Part shown: positions 1 through 11,200 of the stretch, in pieces
Layout: the number at the start of each line of letters is the position of its first letter
How positions within the stretch are numbered: the stretch's first letter is position 1
From: Octopus vulgaris
Taxonomy: Eukaryota
Reading direction: 5' to 3'
NCBI GenBank assembly: GCA_951406725.2
Contig: OX597833.1
Coordinates: 4,526,001 to 4,590,000, forward strand
DNA: 64,000 bases
Translations under genes and position numbers: made by a program
Notes under the pieces: generated by a model
The model's input: only the letters and a program-made list of their open reading frames with translations
The model's database searches: none
Told to the model about the DNA's origin: nothing

Positions 1-133
1 AACATCTCATCAAGGTTATGAAGCTGGTGTTATCTGTTCCCTATACTAAATCCAGCCCAAGAATCACTCTGCAGTGAAAAATGTATTAGCATTGTGACAA
101 GGTTAGAAACCATCATAGTTATTATTATTACTG

Positions 134-500
134 TTGAACCAATCCTATGACTGGCACCCGGCAGATGCCTGGACCCCTGGACTGGTGGTATGTAAAAAGC
201 ACCATCCGAATCGTGGACGATGCCAGTGCCGCCTCAACTGGCTTCCGTGCCGGTGGCACATAAAATGCACCAATCCGACCGTGGCCGTTGCCAGCCTTGC
301 CTGGCACCTGTGCAGGTGGCACGTAAAAAGCACCCACAACACTCGCGGAGTGGTTGGCGTCAGGAAGGGCATCCAGCCGTAGAAACACTGCCAGGTCAGA
401 CTGGAGCTTGGTGCAGCCTTCTGGCTTCCCAGATCCCCAGTCGAACCGTCCAACCTATGCCAGCATGGAGAACGGACGTTAAACGATGATGATGATGATG
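134..500 (+). mobile_element. RTE-derived non-autonomous repeat (family D) with internal ~60-bp modules and (GAT)n tail
   Basis: GTGCCGGTGGCACGTAAAAAGCACC modules, GGTTGGCGTTAGGAAGGGCATCCAGC core and CATGCCAGCATGGA..CGGACGTTAAACGATGATG tail; more than 20 full or partial copies, e.g. 13440-13990, 15330-15718, 41695-41955, 45479-45780, 51606-51975, 54060-54481, 55162-55640, 56428-56760, 60000-60372. Confidence 0.8.
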
Positions 501-730
501 ATTATTATTATTATTATTAAGGTGGCAAGCTGGGAGAATTGTTAGCATGCTGGGCAAAATATTTAGCAACATTTCATCCTTCTTTATGTTCTGAGTTCAA
601 ATTGTGCCAAAGTCAACTTTGCCATGCATCCCTTTAGGGTCAATAAAATAAATACCAGTTGTGTACTGGGGTCAATGTAATTGACTCATCCCCTCCCCCA
701 AAACTGCTGCCCTTGTGGCAAAATTTGAAA

Positions 731-761
<31 letters not shown>

Positions 762-1129
762 GTTTGACTTTTGCTTTATATTTGTACAAGTTGGCTCCAA
801 GTCTCACCCAGAGACCTCAAGAGACAACAGGTTGGAAGTTTATGTTGTTGTTATGCCTAGTGTGCCATATATTTGGGGGGGAGTTTTTGGTGTTGTACTA
901 ATGAATGTCTAAAAAGAAAAATTTTTTTTTTTTTTAAACCGAAAATTATGTTTGTTTTAAAACTTGAGATTACATAGAAAGTATTTTGCGTAGGATATGA
1001 GCAGTTCCCATGAGCACTATCTTTTGAGATTTTTGAATTTATTATTATTATTATTATTATTATTGTTGTTATTATTGTTATTATTGTATACACATGCACA
1101 CACCCTGTGACAAAATAAGGAATACCCAC

Positions 1130-1213
1130 CGTATAGAGACTGGACTTTGGTGCTGATCTTTCCAAATGGTTATTCTCAACTTTCTTCAACTGAATCTTAT
1201 ACGTGACATTTGG
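1130..1213 (-). CDS. NOMO1: NOMO exon 26 (last in window)
   Basis: gcttag|PNVTYKIQLKKVENNHLERSAPKSSLYT|gtgggt. Confidence 0.9.
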
Positions 1214-3578
1214 CTAAGCAAAGAGACAGACAGACAGATAGATAAACGGTCTGTTAATTAGCAAGGTGAAACAATTCCCCACTGAATTCAGTGGTACAAT
1301 TAAATAAGCAATTCGTTTTTAACTCTCCCTAATTAGAGGAGAGTTAATGAGATGTCAGATTATAACAGTTTCTTGTCAGACTGGAAGATTTCAATAAAAA
1401 CATGAACCAGCAGCTAAGATTGGTTTTTGTGCAGATAAAAAAGCAGATGAAAAAAAAGGGAAAAATAGAAACGAAACAAAAAGATTATACTCTCTCTCTC
1501 TTTTACTCTTTTACTTGTTTCAGTCATTTGACTGCGGTCATGCTGGAGCACCGCCTTTAGTCGAGCAAATCGACCCCGAGACTTATTCTTTGTAAGCCCA
1601 GTACTTATTCTATCGGTCTCTTTTGCCAAACTGCTAAGTAACGGGGACGTAAACACACCAGCATCGGTTGTCAAGCAATGCTAGGGGGGACAAACACAGA
1701 CACACAAACATATATATATATATACGACAGGCTTCTTTCAGTTTCTGTCTACCAAATCCACTCACAAGGCATTGGTCGGCCCGGGGCTATAGCGGAAGAC
1801 ACTTGCCCAAGATGCCACACAGTGGGACTGAACCCGGAACCATGTGGTTGGTAAGCAAGCTACTTACCACACAGCCATTTTTAAATGTTTTTTTCAACCC
1901 TTTGGCATTCAGATTTCTCTGTTAAACAATAATGTTTATTTATTCAAACCTGTTTGAATTAATCCTGCATTATCTCATAGCTTTGAGATTTCAAAGATGT
2001 GGTTGTTTAGTTTTAGAATGACATTGTATGCTAAGTGTGAAAGGCCTGATCTGGCTGGTTTAAACATAAAATGTATCGAATATTTGGGCTGGACATGGTC
2101 AGTTTAAATACTTGGGGGTTAAATGGCTGGAATGGTTCTTCTGGAATGTAACTGCTTCAGTTCCAACACAAGTTCTCACACCAAATTACTTGCAGGACAG
2201 GAAGGAAGCACTCCGTCGGTTACGACGATGAGGGTTCCAGTTGATCCGAATCAACGGAACAGCCTGCTCGTGAAATTAACGTGTAAGTGGCTGAGCACTC
2301 CACAGACACGTGTACCCTTAACGAAGTTCTCGGATATTCAGCGTGACACAGAGAATGACAAGGCTGGCCCTTTGAAATACAGGTACAACAGAAACAGGAA
2401 GTAAGAGTGAGAGAAAGTTGTGGTGAAAGAGTACAGCAGGGATGCCACCACCCCCTGCCGGAGCCTCGTGGAGCTTTTAGGTGTTTTCACTCAATAAACA
2501 CTCACAACGCCCGGTCTGGGAATCGAAACCGTGATCCTATGACTGCGAGTCCGCTGCCCTAACCACTGGGCCATTGCGCCTCCACACTTGCAGGACAAGT
2601 ACATCGCTGAAAATAGTATAAGAACAAAAGAACTACTCACTGAAAGACCTCGAATCCGGTAGGTTCCATCTTGTTCGGTTTTACTTTCTTCTTGATATTG
2701 GACAGAACCAGACACACTGACAGCTTCAACAAGAACTCCCGGTTCTGGTTCCCCGTTCAGCGAACTCACACGTCCATAGCAACTGTAACACAAGGAAGGA
2801 CAAGACATCATCATTATCCTAATAACCATTATAATAACTAAACGAGCACAATTCACCTGTGGACACTCAATCTCGCTCCTCCAAACTCGCCAGGTGAGTC
2901 ACCTCACTTGTCCCTGGCATTTACAGGTTTTAACACTCAGCACTTTTGAGAGAATATTCTCCACCACACCAGATCGCAACCGACCAGCAAATACATTAAG
3001 TATATGCAATTGATAATGCGCGCATGCATGCATGCTGTGCGTGTGTGTGTGTATATATATTCTTTTACTTGTTTCAGTCATTTGACTGTGGCCATGCTGG
3101 AGCACTGCCATTAGTCGAAAAAAATCGACCCCAGGACTTATTCTTTGTAAGCCTAGTACTTACTCTATCAGTTTCTTTTGCTGAACCACTAAGTTACAGG
3201 GATGTGAACACACCAACATTGGTTGTCAAGCAATGGTGGGAGGGACAAACACACACACATACACTCTCGGAGTGGTTGGTGTTAAGAAGGGCATCTAGCT
3301 GTAGAAACTCTGCCAGATCAGATTGGAGTCTGGTGCAGCCATCTGGTTCGCCAGTCCTCAGTCAAATCATCCAACCCATGCTAGCATGGAAAGTGGACGT
3401 TAAACGATGATGATGACGACGGGCTTCTTTCAGTTTCCGTCTAGCAAATCCACTCACAAGGCATTGGTCAGCACGAGGCTATAGTAGAAGACACTTGCCC
3501 AAGGTGCTACACAGTGGGACCAAACCCAGAACCATGTTGTTGGTAAGCAAGCCACTTACCACACAGCCACTCCTACGC

Positions 3579-3628
<50 letters not shown>

Positions 3629-4875
3629 TCACACACAGTAGGCTTCTACACAGTTTCTGATGATAAAGTCAATGGTGAAGATGATGATGACGATGACATT
3701 ATTATTAGTATTGTTGCTGTTGCCATAGTTACCTGTAAGCCTCACGAAATCCCTTGATGTTCACGTTGATCCTGGTCCCTTCCTCCACACTAATCATCTG
3801 ACTGGCAGGTTCAAAACGATACTCCTTCATCATGGGTCGGAGGAAATAACGTCCAGGACTCTGCAGAATAAAAACAACAAAAATAAATACATCATCACCA
3901 TCTCACGATTAGGGGGCAGAGCAGGAGACAAAAGGGGGTAAACTGTAAACATACTGGCAGAAAGCAAGAGGAAATCATTGCTGTATTTTTCTCACAAGAA
4001 AAGTCCTGAATCTTCAGACACGGATACAGAAGTCCCCAGATTGCTAATGCCAGGAGGCATGGCAACTGATGTGAAAGAAGAAGTTGTGCTTTGTCTGAAC
4101 AAAACAAGAGAGCAAAAAACAAAAACAACACACTACAAGAGAACATTGATGGTGACTTACCAATGAGGAGAAGACCATGATACCATTTTCTTTGATTAGG
4201 TTATTACTGCGATACTGGTTGTCACCACTGAGGGACAGCAGAACAGATGACAAATAGTTGTTGTTCTCATCAACAACCTGTAAAGAAAAGAAATTATTAT
4301 TATTATTATCATTATTATTATTATTGAGTGAGAGAGCAGTGGATGCAATCAAAGTGACGCTGGGGTAAAATATATGAAGCCCAGTATACCCATCATGACT
4401 ACCCGTCTGATAAGGGTACACTAGGCACATGCATCACAACCATATGTGTGCGACATTGTGATTTCATATGAAGATAAACAGCACATGACCTTGTAGGTGG
4501 GGCCCAGTTAGAATTTTCTTCTGGTCGAGTAACCCATCCCACTCAAAAGGTCCCTGAATAAGGATTAAGGATGTTGAACGAAACACCCATGTTTCCAGAG
4601 GTGAATTATCCAAACCCCAAAGAATCCCTCTCAACACATAGCTATGTTGCTCCCCCACTACTTCTGCTCGTGATCAGAGATGCACATATCGTCAGCCAAT
4701 AAGGGACATGCTCAACTGGTTAAGGTCAAACAACTGACAAGCAAATCTGTGGTATTGAGCAGAATATTTGCTGTAACCCATCTTTTATACCAAGACAAAA
4801 CGATGTACATGACAACACTTCCAATCAATTAAGATCAGAAGCCATGGGAGCCACTGCCTGGTACTGCATCAGGGC

Positions 4876-4929
<54 letters not shown>

Positions 4930-6322
4930 ACTAGTGCAAGCTGATTAAGTTAGCAAGTACCTTTATCTTGAGGCTTGGCAACTAGTCTCCTGAAATCTCA
5001 AGAAGCTTTCTTAAGATACTTGAACAATATAGGATGGCATTCTTTTGCTGCCGGTCGACAATGCAAGAATCAATTCCAATTCTTTTCAAGTCTTTTTGGA
5101 AGCATTTTGGGTGTTGTACCAAATGCACCAATTAATACAGGAATAATTATTGCCTTGGTCTTCCGCAGTTTCCTAACCCCTGCAACCACCATTACCTACA
5201 CTGCAAAGACCCCCACACTACTTCAACGCTCACCAATTCTTACAAAGAGAGGACAAAACTGTTGTCGCCTTACCGTGACGGATATTTCTCCAAGCTGAAG
5301 AGCTTTAAAGTTGTTGGGGTTTTGTGGGTCTTTGGTCAAAACATACCCAGTCTTTGACGCTTCCACACTGTATTTCTTGTCTCCGTGAAGAGGTCCCAAG
5401 CTGCAGGAGAGAAGCAGAAGAGGATTACTGATGCAATGCCTCAATGTCATGCATGAATAAACACATTTATGAGTGGATGTAAATGAATTAAGGGTTTTAC
5501 ATATTATATAGGAGAACTCCGTCAGTTACGACGATGAGGGTCCCAGCTGATAAGATCAACAGACCAGCTTGCTCGTGAAATTAATATGCAAGTGGCTGAG
5601 CGCTCCACAGACATGTGTACCTTTAACATAGTTCTCAGGGAGAATCAGTGTCACAGAGTGTGACAAGGCTGGCCCTTTCAAATACAGGTACAACTCATTT
5701 TTGCCAGCTGAGTGAACAGGAGCAACGTGAAATAAAGTGTCTTGCTCAAGGACACACGGTGTCCCTGGGAATTGAACTCATGACCTTACAATCATGAGCC
5801 GAACACCCTAACCACTCAGCCAACGTGCCTTCACACATATTATATATAGATCATTATATAATAACTATTAATGATTACTGAGAATTAGGTTAGACAACTC
5901 GTTATTACTAATTATGTAATTTATTACTAATAGAGCGAAACAGCTAAATAACTTTTAAATTAGGTTTTAATATATCAATCATATTATTTGTCTGTTTCTT
6001 CTAACACATAAAAAGGGGCTACTGAAAAATTCCTGGCATCAAGGGTATCAAGAAGGGTGGGATTAGAAGCCCAATTTTCCGAATTCTTTTACAGGGCTCA
6101 GAAAAACTAAAGGACCGTTGCAATAAATGAACCTGAGAGGGGGATATGTTGAATAAAATCATAATTAACTGGTCCTCCTGTATTTTCTTTTACCCAAAGG
6201 CAGGGACTTTTCAGCAACCCTCGTGTATATGTATATATATATATATATAATAATATTAAGGAGTAAATCCAAACTTACAGGGAAAAATTAGATTTAGGAT
6301 TAAATCTAATTTTATAGTATAA

Positions 6323-6366
<44 letters not shown>

Positions 6367-6700
6367 CGGAGATGTACTTGCATAGCAAGTGATTTGATCT
6401 GAGATCGTGTGCTGAAACGAAAGCAATTGCAGCGTGGAAGGTGTCTGTAAGCCATTTAAGAAACACACAAAAGCCGTTCGATTCACTTCAACATTTAAGT
6501 TTAATTTGTCAAAATATTTTCGTCGCTAAAATCCGCGACCTGTTCACTGACAAAAATCCGTGCTGCACGCATTTTTGTCAGTGAACAGGTCGCGGTCTTG
6601 AAGTGACGAAATGATTTTGACAAATTAAACTTAAATGTTGAAGTGAATCGAACGGCTTTTGTGTGTTTCTTAAATGGCTTACAAACACCTTCCACGCTGC

Positions 6701-6751
<51 letters not shown>

Positions 6752-6885
6752 GAGATAAAAACCACTGTTCGGCAAATCAAACAGTGAAAATCATAAGCCA
6801 ATACATAGAAATAAAATTAATAAAAAAAATATATTGGCTTATGATTTTCACTGTTTGATTTGCCGAACAGTGGTTTTTCTCTCTA

Positions 6886-6923
<38 letters not shown>

Positions 6924-7024
6924 AATAATGAGGGAGATAAATTGAATATTAATTTAATTAATATCAATTTTAAAACCAGTAGCCTAGCATATAAAAAATC
7001 TGAAAAATCAGTTGCCTAGCATTG

Positions 7025-7073
<49 letters not shown>

Positions 7074-8088
7074 TTTTTCAATGTGTACAAATAAACACAC
7101 ACACAGAGTCAAGAGACTTGAATGGTGCAAGTGAACTGGCAAAGTCCTTAGTACATCAGACACAACATTCCACGGTATTTGTTGACTACAAGGCATCTCG
7201 TTTGATGCTCTACTGACTCTGCTAAAGTCATTGCCCTAGACTGCTATTTTATCATCTGAATCTGAAATCCCTAGCTAGTGATTGGAGGGGGTGGTCGTCC
7301 TCTCAACCAATACGCTGACGTCAATGCCACTGAAGGATGGACTCTGATGACGATGTGATTATGCGATTCCACGCTTTCTGATTCAAAGCCAGCACCATGA
7401 ATCAGAAAGCATGGAATAGGGTTAGGGTTAGGGTTAGGCTTGAACCCATACAACACAAAGCCACTCATCTAACATTTTAGCCCTTCTGCCAACACACTGA
7501 CTCCTACACCGACCCTTGCACTGGAATTTCATTTTATTAAACCACCCCAGACCCCTAAAAAAAATGAAAGGCAAAGCTTGACCACTGCAGAATTTGAACT
7601 CAGAATGCAGGCAATCAGAACAAACACCACAAGGCATTTTGTCTCGTGCCCTTCCGATCCTGCCAATTCTCCACCAATGGAATCTTCGTACTGAAATATG
7701 AGCAGCACGGAAGTTTATAGCAAACGATAACAATGATAGGAATGGTAGGGGAGTCAGTGTGGTTGTCGTTTAGCCCCAGGTCAGCCATGATCAAACAGGC
7801 GTAAGGCTGAAGACATTCCAGACTTCACCACTAACTCATTTATTCAGTCACAGTGTATCTAGGACTACGTTGTTGAAAAGTGTCTTTTAGTAAAAAAAAC
7901 AAAGCAAAACAGAAAAGAGTACTGTAGGGTGTGATTGAAGGGAGATTTAGCTGCTGTTTATAGTGTGTCAAGCAATTAGATGGCAGAGAGTTAGGAGTTG
8001 GTGAATGAGGATTTATCTATCAATCAGATTTTAAGAGAAGGCGAGATAGGAACATAAAATGTGTGTGTGTGTGTGAGAGAGAGAGTGT

Positions 8089-8125
<37 letters not shown>

Positions 8126-8229
8126 TGAGAGAGAGAGTACTTTCTGAGTATTTGTGCTTTTTAAATGTCTGTGTGTAGGTGTGTGTGTGTAGGTTCACTC
8201 TGTGTATGTGCCTGTGCATTGGTACAAAG

Positions 8230-8281
<52 letters not shown>

Positions 8282-11200
8282 ACTTTCTGAGTATTTGTAC
8301 TTTTTAAATGCCTGTATATAATGGGGGTGTGTCTTTGTATGTGTGTGTGTGTGTGTGTAGGTTCACTGTGTGTATGTGTACGTGTGTCTGTGCATTTGTA
8401 CAAAGGCACACGTGTGTGTGTGTGTGTGAGTGTGCATAGTGAATATGTGTGTATGCCTTCGCTTCTGCTCATGGAATCATGTCTTGTTTATCTACGGACG
8501 AGATCATATGTTATGCGTGTGTGTGTGCGCACGCACCTGTCTGCGCACGTTTGTGTGCACGCGTGCCAGCCATGTGTGACATTTGTCCTAGTTTAGTGAC
8601 GCAGGCAGGAGAACAAATGTAGGTCACACAACCACAGCCACAACAATACCTGGCAACACCTCCAACAACCTTCCCTAAACCATGCTGCCACTACAGTTCA
8701 GAGATTCCATTCTAAAAATAGCTCTCTTCACGCTTCAGTAGGCAACACAAGTGAAGAAAAGTACATATCTACCATTGTACCATCGTCACACTTGAATAAT
8801 CACCAGAAAAACAGGGACAAACATCAGAAGCCAAAATAACAAGATCCTGTTTTGGACCCAACTAGGAAGTCTGAAGGGGTTTTTGGACCTACAAGAAATA
8901 ACAGCTGAATCTCCTTTAAGTTGAATTCTGCATTTATATAAAAGAAGGACATCAGATAACGAATCCCTAGATCAGGAGTTCTCAACCATTTCTTATCTAT
9001 GGACCCCTTTGATTACTCTTTTATTTTGGTGGGCTCCCAGAGCCATGCAATGTTTAAAAACTTCTTTCTAAATCCCTATTTTGTTTTCCACCCATGAACT
9101 TGTGTCGGTTGAACCGTGTAAAATGTTAGAGAAAGGAACCCGGCTCTTTCTTGCAATATATAACCAATACATACATCTAAAGCTTACATCAAGGACCCTT
9201 AAAATACTATAGTGGCTCCCCAATTTACTATTTTGTTACATGGACCCCTAAAATTCTTATATGGACTCTCAAGGGCCATGTGGTCTCAGGTTGAGAACCA
9301 CAGCCCAAGGAATATTATCAATGGAAAGATAACAAGATCACGACTGACAGATCTTGAGTTTGTTAGATTAATTCTCAACTCAAACTAAATAACATCTCTC
9401 TCTCTCTCCCACCCTCTCCCCCTCTCTCTTTCTCCCACTCCTCTCCCTTCCTCCCTCTCTTCCCTCCTTCCCTCCCACCATCTCCCCTCTCTTTCTCCCT
9501 CACTCCCTCTCGCTCGCTCTCTCTCTCCCTCCCTCTCCCACTCTTCTCTCCTTCCCTCCCTCTCTCCCTCCCATCTCCCTCACTCTCTCTTCTTCCCTCC
9601 CCCATCTCTCTCCCTCTCTTCCTTCCTCCCCCTCTCTCCCTCTCTCTACCTCCCACCATCTCCCCCTCTCCCTCCCCCCTCTCCCTCTATTCTCTCCTTC
9701 CCTCCCTCTCTCCCTCCCACCATCTCCCCCTCTCTCTTTCTCCCTCACTCTCCCCCTCTCCCTCTATTCTCTCCTTCCCTCCCTCCCACCATCTCCCCCC
9801 TCCCTCTCGTGATGTAGAGAAGTGGACTAAAATGATGTGAATTAAAAGCCATTTTACCGATAGACTCCATCCTGGTCTGTTAGCAATGTGGTCGGCGCCA
9901 TAGTAACAGGATCGTCACAAGACACTACGACAGTGACCCCTTGCAGAGCTGGTTCTATCTTGCCAGTGATGAAGATACCGACCTTGCCGACAAAGTGGGC
10001 CACTTCTCCAGGACAGCTTTCTGCGAAAGAGAGAGAGAGAGACAAGGAAGAAGACATTTGAGCAGAGACAGGTGGAAGATGGAGACGTGCATGGATGGGT
10101 GGGGGTGGGGGGGACACAGGTGCATAAACAACATCAATTTCTGGATCGAAGATTTAACGAATTAGCCATTAGCAATGGCAGCAGAATTTGTAATTGTAAA
10201 ACATCAACAGTCGCAGGTGTGATTTTGTGGTAAGAAATTTGTCTCCAAACCACATGGTTCTGGGTTCAGTCCCACTGCGTGACACCTGGAGTAAGTGTCT
10301 TCTACTATAGTCTCAGGCCAACCAAAGCTTTCTGAGCGGATTTAGTACATGGAAACTGAAAGAAGCCCATAGTATATATATGTGTGTGTGTGGCACGTAA
10401 AAGCACCCACTATACTCTCGGAGTGGTTGGTGTTAGGAAGGGCATCCAGATGTAGAAACTGCCAGATCAGATTGGAGTCTGGTGCAGCCTTCTGGTTTGC
10501 CAGTCCTCAGTCAAATCGTCCAACCCATGCTAGCATGGAAAGCGGACGTTAAACAATGATGATGATGATGTGTGTGTGATGTCAATGGCACCCATGCCAG
10601 TGGCATGTTAAAAGCACCCCCCTACACTCTCGGAGTGGTTGGCATTAGGAAGGGCATCCAGCTGTAGAAACTCAGCCAGATCAAGATTGGAGCCTGGTGC
10701 AGTCTACTGGCTTGCTAGTCCTCAGTCAAACCATCCAACCCATGCCAGCATAGAAAACGGACATTAAACAATGATGTATGTATACCTATTTGTGCCGTTC
10801 TGTCTGTGTTTGTCCTCAGCACCACTGCTTGACAACCGGTGTTGGTGTGTTTGCATCCCCATAACTTAGCGGTTCAGCAAAAAAGACCGATAGAATAAGT
10901 ACTAGGCTCAAAAAAGAAGTACTGAGGTCGATTCATTCGACTAAAAATTCTAGGAGGTGCCCCAGCATGGCTGCAGTCTAATGACTGAAACAAGTAAATG
11001 ATAAAAGATAAACGGAATGGCTAAATGAAAAGGCCATAAAGTTTGGATCAATGCAAGGAGAATCAAACTGAAACGGAAAAAGGTTATCAGGGATCAAAAA
11101 TAATAAAGTGTGAAGATGAAAAGGGTCAATGACGAAAGAAAAAGGTGTCAGACTCACCTCCCTGGATAGTGACTTCCATGTGATTAGGGGAGAATAACAA

